The position numbers were made by a program, and so were the translations under genes. Positions 37,096 to 49,077 of a stretch of DNA of 64,000 nt are shown here, piece after piece. The DNA comes from Octopus vulgaris (Eukaryota). Position 1 is the first letter of the stretch. Every line of letters starts with the position of its first letter. The notes beneath the pieces were generated by a model, which ran no database searches, was not told where the DNA came from, and saw nothing but the letters and a program-made list of their open reading frames with translations. The stretch is from positions 96,658,001-96,722,000 of the forward strand of contig OX597820.1 in assembly GCA_951406725.2 (NCBI GenBank), in the 5' to 3' direction.

Positions 37096-39187
37096 ATTAC
37101 CGCCGCCTTAGCGAAGGCAGAGGTATTGTTTTCAATCGTGCTTGTTTGTCCGCGGACAAGATATTTCAAGAACCGCTGGATGGATTCGGATGAAACTTTC
37201 AAGGATGTTTGGCCTTGTGACTGGCACGAACTGATTAGATTTTGGGATCGATCCAGTACCGGACAAGGATTCTGGATTATTTGTTATATTTACTTTACTT
37301 TACATGAAGTATTACGACCTTACATTGACTTTCAAGTCTTTCTTTGATTATCTCCCTCGAAAGCACGCTCATAGTTTCCACGTAAGTTATGGCGGCGTTG
37401 CTGTTTCCAAAGTTTTATTTTCGTTTCTTTATTATTAATTTTCTCGTGTCTCTATCTTAGTAGAAACTGATGGATAAAGAAACCATACTACATAAATAAG
37501 CGGCAGCAAAACCGTTCAGTAACAATAATAAATTTAATTTATCCTCGACAATTTTTAATTTTACCAAATTTGAATATATCGCTCCTGTTTAAAACCTCTT
37601 ACCTACTTGATAATTGATTTCTAGCTCTGCCTCGAAGGAAGCTTTACTTCTTGGACTCGCGTTTTTGTGCACAGCGATGTTGTTAAACCTCCGTTAACAG
37701 CACCGTATGAAGGTCCTTTTCGTTTTCTTTCATTATAGAGCTTTCACTATAATGGTCGTAAAGACATTATATCAGTGGATAGACTAAAAAAAGGCCTTCA
37801 TACAGAAAACTGTCCCTGTTCCGATTGCAGACGACACGCATTACAAATACGGCCCGCTTACTCATCTTCACATTCCATGACTATCATTCGGATCGATCAG
37901 GTACCAGATAAGGGTACTGGATTATTTCTCGGTTTTGGTGGGGTTTTTTTACTTAATTTTTGAGAGCAGTCGAGTTCATTTTTGCCAGGTGACTGGGTGC
38001 GGTGCGGTGGAGGTTCGCCTCGGAGAGGCGGCCAAAGCGGGGCTAAGTTCAGCAACTCCTTTGAGAGATGATTAAGTGGTGCTTCTACCCGCATACCTTG
38101 GAAGGCGAGCTTTCAGAGTTGGGATGGAGGGTGTGCCACCCGAAGTTGATATGGCCTGAGTGGCAGCTGCTGTGCTGCTCGGAGGCAAGGAGGAGATGGC
38201 GGTCCTCCAGGCCGCAGGGGTGGAGAGTGCAGGTTGGAAGGGTCGAACCCTGGACATGATCATTCGAGGGTCAACGGAGGGTTTGGAAGACTTGACAGAG
38301 ACCATCATAATGTTGAGAGCCAAGGTGGAGAGTAGGACACTGCGGTGGTATAAGTGTGGCCTAAAATGCCACATTAGAGCAGACTACCCTTCGCCACCCA
38401 AGGATGAGCCAGAGAGGAAGGGGAGGCTTTGCTATCAGCAGCAGTGAGGGAAAAGGAGGAGGGTGAGATGTGGAGGACAGTGGGTGGATGAAGCCAATGG
38501 AGGGGAAGAGGCAGGTCATACGGATTTGAACCCCAACCTACACCCACCCACACCTCTGTCCCGTTCGCCCCCTACAGACGCCAAACCTGTCCGCTCCCTT
38601 TTGACACAAAAACAAAAAGGAGGAGCTCTCTCACACAGGAACCCCCAAACTTCCCCTCCCCCGGCAAGGGAAGGGGGTTGCTTTGCATTGATGTGTGATG
38701 GTGTGAACGGAGAACTGGGCATAGTAGTAGCGTCGTAGAAAGACCCAGTGATTGTGGATACGGATGAGTACGATAATGGGGGCATGTATGCTTGTTGTAG
38801 TCTGAGGAACAAAAGGCAAAAGTAGAAAAATTCAAATATGGGTACACTTGCTGGAAGGTGAACATTGACAGAAATGAGTTGCCAGAGTGTGCAGATTATA
38901 TGGACCTTATAGAAGAACATAAAATTGACGTACTCGAAGGAACAGGGTTCAAAGCAAGAAAGGTATAAATGAAGCTGCTCGGAGGTGGGGCCAAGTAGCT
39001 TCATTACATTTTCATTTTCATTTTTTCATTTCATTTTACTCGTACGTTCTTGTTTTTTTGTTTCCTCTGTTTTGGTTCCCACATGTATTGTATTCTCCTG
39101 TCTATGTTTACCCCTTGTGGGGGAATAAAAAATTAAGGATTTTGGTGTTGCCTTGGCGAAGGTTTGCGCTCTCTGAGTGCTCTTGTT
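37096..39187 (+). mobile_element. Helentron-associated (HINE/DINE-1-like) non-autonomous element, split by an insertion
   Basis: 5' TTATTACCGCCGCC...GGTATTGTTTTC..TGTTTGTCC..GGATGAAACTT; 3' CCTTGGCGAAGGTTT + hairpin GCGCTC-TCT-GAGTGC in a T-rich site. Confidence 0.6.
37945..39132 (+). mobile_element. ORF1-only retroelement (Gag-like with zinc-knuckle remnant, no RT), copy 1
   Basis: LLPAYLGRRAFRVGMEGVPPEVDMA*VAAAVLLG...KVESRTLRWYKCGLKCHIRAD; T-rich 3'UTR; tail CTATGTTTACCCCTTGTGGGGAATAAA. Confidence 0.7.
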
Positions 39188-39299
39188 TTCTACGTGATTT
39201 CATTCAGACACAGTATATGAATATATTATGTTAATGTAAACTGATTCCAGTATTTGACAGCTATTTTATTTAGTTGAACGTGTTTTTTAGTATTGTCGT

Positions 39300-40150
39300 T
39301 AAGGCAGAATCGATAGATCGCCGGACAAAATTCTTACTGGCATTTCGTCTGTCTTTATGTTCTGAGTTCAAATTCCACCGAAGTCAACTTTGCCTTTCAT
39401 TATTTTGAGGTTGGTAAAATAAGTAACTAGTCTAGTACTGAGGTTGATGATGTAATCGACGAACCCCAACTCAAAATCTGCTGGCCCTGTGTCAAAATTT
39501 GAAACCATTATTACTACTGTTGTTAAGACGGTGAGCTGGAAGAATTGGTAGCCCGCCCGACAAAATGCTAAGCAGTTCTTCTGCTGTCTTTATGCTCTGA
39601 TTTCAAATACCATCAAGATTGTCCATTCAGTTGTGCACTGGGGTTGATGCAATCGACCAGATCCATTCCCCCGAATTTCAGTCCATGTGCCTTTAGTAGA
39701 AAGAACTGTTAAGAAGACGGTGAGCTGACAGAACCATTAGCGCGTCGAACAAAATTCTTAGTGACATTTCTTCCAGCTCCTGATTTCAAGCCCTGCTGAA
39801 GTCAGATTTGCTTTCCCTCTTTCGGGGTCGATAAAATAAAGTAGTTGTTGAGTACATGGGTCGATGTAATTGACTGCGCCATCTCTCTCTAGAGTTGCTA
39901 TCCTTTTCCCGAAATTTAAGGCAATTATTTTCTTGGTTTTTAAACCGGTGAGGTGGCAGAATCCGTTGAACAAAATGTTTAGCGATACATCTTCTGGTTC
40001 TGTATGTTCTGAGTTCAAATTTCGCCGACGTCGACTTTGCCTTTCATCCTTCGGAGTCCCTAAAATATGTAACAGTTGAGAACTAGTGTTGCTGTAATCC
40101 ATTTAACACCTTCCCATAAAAATTGCTGACTTTGTACCAAAAATAAAAAA
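39300..40150 (+). repeat. Head-to-tail array of four old, diverged family A SINEs
   Basis: Heads near 39301, 39525, 39715 and 39942, each followed by core and GGGTCGATG.AAT.GAC-like motifs. Confidence 0.75.
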
Positions 40151-40942
40151 GAAATATTATTACTATTGTTGTCCGTGTTCTCTAACCTCAATGCAGCTCT
40201 GAGTACGCCTGTAAAATGGAAGACATTCTAACAGTGATTATTACATTATAGGACTACATTATCAATTGGGCTCTTTCTTTAATGATTCAAATTTCTTTTA
40301 AGACGGCTAAAGTGTTACTGTAAGGAAATTTGCTTGCAACTGCGGCTAACAGATTTCCTTCACTCGAACTCCGTTTACGCTGAAGATAGTCCGAATTCAT
40401 AAAATACAAACTATATGAAGAAGACAAAGTGTCAAACCAGATTCGTGAGTCATTGAATAAATGAGTTTTGTTACGTAACAGAATTAGAAAGAACTTAGTC
40501 ATAACAGTTATAATAAGTTCTATAATTGGTTACGCAGAGAGTCAGCAGAAACAAGTAAGGCTACAAGTTTTAGACTTTTTTGACAACCATTTATGAATTT
40601 TAAAGCAGACCAACAAGTTATCAAAGAAAATGATTTGTAAATATTTTGAAATGTAGGTGTTGGTTGTAACAAAGTAAATCTCCCCACCTCCGTCCATTAA
40701 CTTTCTTTTAAAAGTAGAAAAAGAAAAAACTAAAGCTTTAGTATTCGTGTGTGTGTGTATATAGTTGTGTGAAGGTGCGTGACCTAATGGTTAGGTTGTA
40801 GCAATCAGGATCGTAAGATTATTATGTTTCGACTCCAGTCCACTCAGCTGTAAACGAACACCAAAAATAATTGGAAAGTTAAACCTGCTACGAACCGGCA
40901 TGCAAACTGGATTAAACTCCGCCTTATAAGTTATAAAGCTTA

Positions 40943-41348
40943 GGGCGGCGAGCTGGCAGAAACGTTAGCGCGCCGGCGAAATGCTTAGCGGTATTTCGGC
41001 TGCCGTTACGTTCTGAGTTCAAATTCCGCCGAGGTCGACTTTGCCTTTGCATCCTTTCGGGGTTGATAAATTAAGTACCAGTTACGCACTGGGGTCGATG
41101 TAATCGACTTAATACCTATCTCTGTCCTTGTTTGTACCCTCTATGTTTAGCCCCTTGTGGGTAATAAAGAAATAGGTATTTCGTTTGTCGTAACGTTCTG
41201 AGTTCAAATTCCGCTGAGGTCGACTTTTTCTTTCATCCTTTCGGGGTCGATAAATAAAGTAGCAGTTTCGCACTGGGATCGATGTAATCGACTTAATCCC
41301 TTTGTCTGTCCCCTCTATGTTTAGCCCCTTGAGGGTAGTAAAGAAATA
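40943..41348 (+). mobile_element. SINE family A dimer, full length
   Basis: Head, two cores, two tails; flanking duplication TATAAGTTAT...AAGCTTA. Confidence 0.9.
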
Positions 41349-41355
41349 TATAAGT

Positions 41356-41416
<61 letters not shown>

Positions 41417-41873
41417 CTTATGAACGACCAGCGGCTAAGACTTGTGTGTGTGTGTGTAAGAGTCAGAGAGAGAAAATAACGAGAGAGATTTCCGGGCGTC
41501 CTGAGACTGGTGAAATATATACTGTTAATATTGTTTAGCCACATCTCAAGTTAGCCTTAAGTAGATTCATGGGTCAAAAATAAGCTATCCATTATCATCT
41601 TGGCATTTTCTGATATTTTACGTTTTGAGTCAGAATCCCTCCGAGGTCAGCTTTGCCGTTCATATTTTCGGGGCGTTATATCCTTATGGATAAACGAATA
41701 CACTGCAACAGTGTAATAAAAATATAATCAAAACAAACGGCAGTAACAACATATAACGTAACAACAATCTTTCAAGAACCAACAATCCAACACTGTAAAC
41801 TTTGAGCTCCAACTGTGAACTTTGAACTCCAACTTTAAACTTTCAATGCGTGAACTGTAGAACCAGCTCAAAC

Positions 41874-43215
41874 TTATTCCTTTATTGCCTACACGAGGCT
41901 AACATAGAGGGGGCAATACAAGGATAGACAAAAACACAAAAGTGGGGACAAAAAAAAAAACTCGAATGAAAAAGATGAATTAAATAATGAAAGGAAAACT
42001 GAAATGAAGCCACTCGACCACAAATCCAGGCGACTTCATTTATCTTTGTTAAACGCTATAATTTACTTTAAAACACTTTTAAACCTAATTAACCACATAG
42101 AATCTCTATATTAAAATCTTTAAGAAGTTCGTTGTGACCTATCTTTCTTAATATACACCTGGTATTGATTTTCTTTTGCCAATGAAAAAAATTGTTCCCG
42201 TATTCTTCCAGTCTTGATGAATATTTGGGGTCCACTATCACACAATGATAGTGCGAGGGCACCTCCCCACACTCTACAGCGATTGCTTTTATCCGCTCAT
42301 CCCAACTGTCTACCTCCTTAGATGGCTTATCATGTTTTGCATTGTAAATCACAGGCTGGGGGTTGGGAAATTTGGGGCTCTTGTGTGCTTGTGGTTAATT
42401 TGTCAGTGTCAGGTGAGGTAGGGTGAGGGTTGGTGTTTGCAAGAGAAGAGTGGGACAAAGTGGGTCTGGGTGGGAGTCGGGTGGGAGCGAGATAGGGGTT
42501 ATCATTCACAGATTGTGCCTTCTTCCTCCTCTTTCTGCTTCTCTTTCTAGCCGTTTCCCATCCATTCTTTTTTAGTTTGGTTTTTACTTCATCTTTGGGA
42601 CTAATCCCAGTGGTTCTCGCAAATGCTGGAGGTGCAGTTTCCTTTATCTTCTCCGGAACCTCTTGTGTCCTTACGGGCAGTAGAGGACAATCAGTGTAAT
42701 GTGGCCTTCCAGGCTACATTTCTAGCAGCGGGGAGTCCTGCCTTCGACTTTAACCCCGAGTATTACATCTTCGACTGTAATGATCTCCACCATAATTTAC
42801 AGGTCCCTCGGGGCTGCCTAGATTACCATATCCAGGCACTGCCCATGCCAATTTTCTATGTGCAGTGCTGGTGGTTTGGAGGACCACTAGATTGCTTAGC
42901 ATGTTTTTCATCTTTTCTTCCATGCCCAGCAGTATAGCAGCTACTAGCCAGGCCACATCTATTTCCGGAGGGTATGTCTTCTACCCTTACCCTGGAAGCA
43001 CGCCTTCCAAGGTATATGGTCAGAGTACAACCTCATCAGTTTTTAAGTGGGTTACCGAGAGTAGCCTGGCAGTAGTTTCAATCTCGGAACCACACCTCCA
43101 CCGTTCCAGACTTTCTTCCTCTGGCAACGTAAGTAATTCCCTCCCAGATGGGTTTTAATGCCTTTATAAAGTAAGCTGTTAAAAGTAACAGGCATGTTTT
43201 GGTATTATTAGACCT
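41874..43215 (-). mobile_element. ORF1-only retroelement, copy 2 (diverged relative of 37945-39132)
   Basis: YLGRRAS..PPEIDVAWLVAAILLGMEE...VKVEGRTPRC*KCSLEGHI; tail TTGTCTATCCTTGTATTGCCCCCTCTATGTTAGCCTCGTGTAGGCAATAAAGGAATA. Confidence 0.72.
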
Positions 43216-43264
43216 CTTCGGCAAAGAAGATTTTTCTTAAAAGGCAAAACTGAACGTGATCAAT

Positions 43265-43620
43265 AACAATAATCGTTTATTGTTATTTATCCCAAGGTTG
43301 ACGGATGATGAATATCACAAGGAGAAATATATGAAAATTTGCAGAGGTTTATGTAGAATAAATAGAAAAAAAAAGCAGTAAACATGAAAAGCAACAAAAA
43401 GAATTTGATGAGACGTTTCAATATGGTGGGGGTGGAAAGTACTTAGAGATAATCAAGGAATCCCACATTACGGGCCGGGATTCCCCACCTCTTGCAACTG
43501 TCGCCTGTAGCCTACACGTGTATACTCAGAGTAAGTCCAGTCAAACAGGCCATACTCGCCATTTACCCACTTCTCAATGAAGTTATTAAAGTGCAGTATC
43601 TTCCTTTCCACCCTTAATGA
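43265..43620 (-). mobile_element. L1/Tx1-type ORF2 C-terminus plus 3'UTR remnant
   Basis: LRVERKILHFNNFIEKWVN..ASMACLTGLTLSIHV* then T-rich UTR and AATAAA. Confidence 0.5.
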
Positions 43621-44404
43621 CTATAACAATAAAAATGGTTTCCTACATAAAAGGTTTCAGCATAAAGACAAGAGCAAAGACGAATTGAATGCCGAATTTA
43701 GATGAAGAGAGACATTGCGCTATTCTGCTTCTAAAACTCTATCCATCCCCCATCCTTATTATTAGAATTATGTATGCACTTTGGTCAGAGGCCCCTAGAT
43801 TTTCAGGCCGTATGCTTTAGCTTGCCAAGCCTATAGGTAAATCCTGTAATTGACTGGTGTTTATTGAATGAATCCATTTCTTGTATTGTCACATAGATAC
43901 TAATATATCAGAGAATGGTAGATTCAGACGATTGAATCGGCCTTGGCAATTTTTTATCGTCAAATAAGAGGAAATAATAAAAAGTGAAGACAGACATGAG
44001 ATTTATGCAAGAATAGACAACATAAAAATAATAAATTCTAACGTTAGTACAATGTTTGATAAAGAATATAATTGATTTCACTCAAAACAATTTCAGAAGA
44101 GTGAAAGGGAAAGTCTGTCCCGCGAATTTTAATCCAAAACATATATGACCATAATGAAACATTGATTTCGAATTTAGTCACAAAACCAAGAATTTCTGAG
44201 AAGTAAGTCGATGAAATCGACCCCAGTATCCAACTGGTATTTATTTTATCGACCCCGAAGGATGAAAGGTAAAGTCGACCTCGGTGGAATTTAAACTCAG
44301 AAAGACGGATGAAATGCCGCTAAGCATTTTTCCTGGTGTCCTAACGATTCTGCCAGCTCACAGCCGTAAAACCATGATGAAATACTGCGAAATATTTAAT
44401 CCAA

Positions 44405-44598
44405 TACTCTTTTACTCTTTTACTTGTTTCAGTCATTTGATTGTAGCCATGCTGGAGCACCGCCTTTAGTCGAGCAAATCGACCCCAGGACTAATTCTTT
44501 GTAAGCCTAGTACTTATTCTATCGGTTTCTTTTCCCGAACCGCTAAGTTACGGGGACGTAAACACACCAGCATCGGTTGTCAAGTGATGTTGGGGGGA

Positions 44599-44653
<55 letters not shown>

Positions 44654-45342
44654 CTTCTATATATATAAAACTGTAGTTGTGTGAGTGTCTGTCTCCTACG
44701 ATTTAGATTCCTAACTCCTCCCACATTTTGCGGTGCAGCTTAACCAAATTCGGGTATCTTATAGTCGTGATTAATATCGAGCCCGTCTGGCTATTAGCAC
44801 GCGTCAACGATTTTAAAAATAATTTAACATAATTTTTTATTCCATTTTAACGCATAGTTTTTCGTGTGTCGATGGCGGCGGAGTTGGCGTCCACGCTCAA
44901 ACACCTGCACCTGTGTTTGCTTCTCCCCCTTCTTCCCTCCCTCGTGAAGCTGTGGGGAAGGGAGTTTAAGGAAATCAACGTCGTAAAGCGTTGTCAAGGA
45001 GACCAGCGTTCTTTTAGAACAACGACTTCATGGCTTGAAGACACCAAAACAGAAATGGCTAAGAAAGCCCGAATTGGCATCTATGAAGGAAGTAACTCTC
45101 TAAAAATGCTTATATAGTTATTTCCCTTACAAACCCGAGCAACGCCGGGCGATACTGCTAGTATATATATATATATATACATATATACGACAGGTTTCTT
45201 TCAGTTTCCGTCTACCAAATCCACTCACAAGGCTTTGGTCGGCCAGGAGCTATAGTAGAAGACACTTGCCCAAGATGCCACGCAGTGGGACTGAACCCAG
45301 AACCATGTGGTTGGTAAGCAAGCGACTTACCACTCCTACGCC
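44405..45342 (-). mobile_element. SINE family B split by a Helitron inserted in its microsatellite
   Basis: 3' half 44405-44650, 5' half 45162-45342. Confidence 0.88.
44653..45161 (+). mobile_element. Non-autonomous Helitron
   Basis: TC..TATATATAAAACTGTAG start; ends CCCGAGCAACGCCGGGCGATACTGCTAG|T; same family as 21232 and 56516. Confidence 0.88.
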
Positions 45343-45701
45343 AATGTTCTATCGATTCTACAATTCCATAGCTGTTTGGGTCACAATATTCTAAGTTTAG
45401 TGGATGGTAGACTTTACTTTTCATTCTTCCCAGCGGTGAAGTGGGGGAATGGGACGATAAAATACATTACCAGTTACAAACTAGGGTTGATGTGGTGTTT
45501 AGTCCTGTGGTTCCCTTGATTTTGCTGTTAAAATTTATGGGCAATAAATTGGTTATACCGCTACAATATACAATATGTTTTAACAATGTTTTATACAATT
45601 TTTTATAATATTAAATGATGAAAATACTATAGGATTTTTTAAACAGAATTGGTTTGAATGTCCGTCCGAATAAAACAAGAATTAAAGAGGCAAACAATGG
45701 T

Positions 45702-46116
45702 GGATCTTTTCGGTTTGAACGGCAGTTTTTTCTAGCGGTGTCATATGAAATTGTCACCCATAATTATCGATCTGTTGCATTTCAATCTGTTTTAGGGTTA
45801 GGGTTAGTTAGGGTTAGGGGTGGGGGGAAGGATATCTTTTTTCTTCACAAATGTAAATAAACGCAATCTATTTCTTAAACGAGGGACATATTCATACGGC
45901 ACAGAATGTTTTTTACCTTAATAGACTTCACTGATTGGTTGATATTGCAGAAATTGAAGGGAAAAAACAACAAATATCTTACAAACTATAGAATTTTCTC
46001 AATAAAGCCAAGAGAAAAAGATGTTTTATAAACACATTCTACCAGTATACGAAGTTTAAAAGTGTTTAGTTACCTAGAAATTATGCTAAAAACTGCCGTT
46101 CAAACCGAAAAGATCC
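45702..46116. mobile_element. Merlin-type MITE carrying TTAGGG repeats
   Basis: Perfect TIR GGATCTTTTCGGTTTGAACGGCAGTTTTT; perfect 8-bp TSD ACAATGGT (45694-45701, 46117-46124). Confidence 0.9.
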
Positions 46117-47353
46117 ACAATGGTTGAGAACCACTTGTGTAGTCAATTAAATTAAAGCCCGTACTTGGTCTGTTCTTATTCCATCGACACGGTCAAGAAT
46201 AGCGACAATTTTGACAAGATTTTCGCTCAGAGAAAACAGCTAGATAAGACATTAAAGTCCGGCATTCTACTCATTTTTTAGCTTTGTAAAACAATATTAA
46301 TGACATGTTGATCTATTTTTCTATAACTAAGGTGGCTCGTTTCCTATTTACTTTCTACAATCTTTACGTACGTACGTGTTTGAGAGAAATTGTAAGAGAA
46401 AGGTTGTGTATGCGTATACGTGTGTGTGTGAATCTGTGTCTGTGTTTGAATGTGTCTGTGTGAGTGTGTTTGTGTGTGTGTATGCGCGCGCAAACACGAA
46501 TGTATCTGTGTGTGTGAATAATGTGGACGGCACGAGACATCACGAGATATTACGCAGATGTCAGAGAGCTCACGAATGGCGTATATGTCAACAAACAGAG
46601 ACGAGTAGTTAGGTGACTTAATAACAGGATGCTATAGTTGGTAAGATGATGGCAATATCACGCAAGGTATATGGTGAGCGTTAAATAAATAAGACGTAAG
46701 CTCTATAACGCTCGACACACATTTCTTTCATCGTCACAAAGCCCCAGGTATATTTTTAATGTGTATTTTATGCCTTTCTAATGGCTGCCGTTGTTATTGT
46801 TGATATTTAACCCTAAGGCAACCTTGATGAAGCAGACGTATGATCAAAGGTGTTTATGCCGTCACCATTCTATTTTATTTTATTTTTTTTTTCTATGTGT
46901 GTAATTGTTATTTTCCCCTCTTATATAAAGGATGATCCAATGTGCACATTTTATTGATGGTGATATCGTGATGTGAGGAAGATTTGACTGGTATTTCTAG
47001 CTGGTCAAGCAACTTCGTTTGGGTTCCCACGTTAATCTGATAGCTACAAGTTGATTACTTCTGTAGAGTTATCATCAAACAATCGTAAATGTCCCATTAA
47101 GTCCTGAGTTCGAATACCGCCGGGGTTGACTTTCTGTTTGATCATTCTTTTGACAACTCTCTTAATCCCTTGGGGGTCTTTGGGACATTGCAGCCATGCA
47201 GCGTACCTAGGGCGAGAAAGCCTAACGGAGCCCATCCCTCTCCAGGTTAAACTCATTTCTACAGCTGAGTGGACTGGAGCAGCGTGAAATGAAGTGTTTT
47301 GCACCCTAACCACTAAGCGATGGGCCTCCACATCATTCTGGTGTCAATATAAT

Positions 47354-48996
47354 GGCATTCCTACACATGTATTCTCCTTCCGACTTTGTTTCCTCATAAC
47401 TTCCAGAAAAATGGATATTTTTAATGAAATTTTCTACAAATACGAGGAGTGGCTGTGTGGTAAATAGCTTGCTTACCAGCCACATGGTTCTGGGTTCAGT
47501 CCCACTGCGTGGCGCCTTGAGCAACTGTCTTCTACTATAACCGCGGGCCGACCAAAGCCTTGTGAGTGGATTTGGTAGACGGAAACTGAAAGAAGCCTGT
47601 CATATATATATATGTATATGTTTGTGTGTGTGTGTGTTTGTCCCCCTACCATCGCATGACAACTGATGTTGGTGGGTTTACGTTCCCGTAACTTAGCGGT
47701 TCGACACAAGAGACCGATAGAATAAGTACTAGGCTTACAAAGAATAAGTCGATTTGTTCGACTAAAGTTGGTGCTCCAGCATGGCCGCGGTCAAATGACT
47801 GAAACAAGTAAAAGAATAAAAGAAATACGCCTCAGATGGTGTAGATTCCAATTATATCAGAATTTGTTGTGCAAAAAAATGTTTCTATGAGTGGGAAGTG
47901 AAGTTTCGAAAAATTCACACGGTTTGGTTATGTTTCCTTAATTTTCAGAAAAATGAGTATTTTTAAATGAAATTTTCTATAAATACTTTTCAGAGAGTGA
48001 AAATTATGATTATATTGGAATTTGAAAGGAAAAATAGTGAGCACACATACATACATATCTAATGAAGGATAAAATTTTTTTCGAAAAAAATATATTCTTT
48101 TTAAAAAAAAAATTTTTTTATCAATGGCGAGCATATCAAAAAATACCTTTAAAGGTTAAATCTATGAACAATTCATAATTAAGGGCAAACGAAAAAAATT
48201 CTAATGCCAGATATGCCGAAAAATTGGACATATTGTCCATTAACCATATAATTTTTTCACAATATGCACGCTACTCGAAAAAAGGCCGACAGAAATCTCT
48301 AAAACATTCCATTATTACCATATCGGACCGATTTCAGGGTTAGCTTATAACAGCCCTCCCTTCGTCAGTGATACATGTGGCAAAAGAAATAAATGAGATA
48401 CTTATGGAAGAAGCGAACACTAAGTCATGAACACACATACATATCGATACACATCACAATTTTTTTCGAAATTTCATGTTTCATTTTGTAATTATATGTG
48501 AATTGTATCAGTATGTATGTGTTCAAGCCAACCATATTCTTTCTTCATATTAAATTCCGATATAATCATAATCTACACACTCTGAAAGGTATTTATAGAA
48601 AATTTCATTAAAAAAAATTATCCATTTTTATGAAAGTTATGTGTAAAGAAACCTGTGTCGTGTGAATTTTCCGAAGCAAAGTGAAGTGTTTTGCTCAAGA
48701 ACACAACGCGTCGTCTGGTCCAGGAATCGAAACCACAACTTTATGATCGTAAGTCCAACATCCTAACCGCTAAGTCACGCGCCTCTACATCATTCTAGTT
48801 TCAATAAAATAGCATTCCTATACATGTGTCCCCCCACCGGCTTTGTTTCCTCATAACTCAGAAAATTTCTTTTCACCATATATTCCGATATAATCGGAAT
48901 CTACATCATTTTTGTAGAAAATTTCATTAAAAAATATTCACTTTTCTGAAAGTTTTGAGGAAACGAAGTCGGGGAGCACATATGTGCAGGAATGCC
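47354..48996. mobile_element. Foldback-like DNA element with long imperfect inverted arms; SINE B inserted at 47443-47824
   Basis: Ends GGCATTCCT.CACAT/ATGTGCAGGAATGCC; arms 47354-48095 and 48455-48996 are inverted homologues; AT-rich 8-mers AATATAAT/TATAAAAT flank. Confidence 0.65.
48319..48375 (-). ncRNA. Type I hammerhead ribozyme motif
   Basis: Minus strand: tgtatca CTGACGA aggg..gct-gttata-agc..ccct GAAA tcgg TC cgatatg. Confidence 0.75.
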
Positions 48997-49011
48997 TATA
49001 AAATACCAGCG

Positions 49012-49077
49012 TTGTACGAGGTCAATGACTCTTAGCCTTCAGCTTTGTACGAGGTCAATGACTCTTAGCCTTTAGCT
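49012..49077. repeat. 33-bp tandem duplication
   Basis: TTGTACGAGGTCAATGACTCTTAGCCTT(C/T)AGCT x2. Confidence 0.95.

Noticed and set aside
39300-40150. Regularly spaced repeats suggesting a CRISPR-like array
   Set aside because: Units are whole diverged SINEs; eukaryotic context, no constant repeat-spacer structure, no cas genes
40378-40435. CTGAAGA followed by a hairpin
   Set aside because: GAAA/stem III half too degenerate
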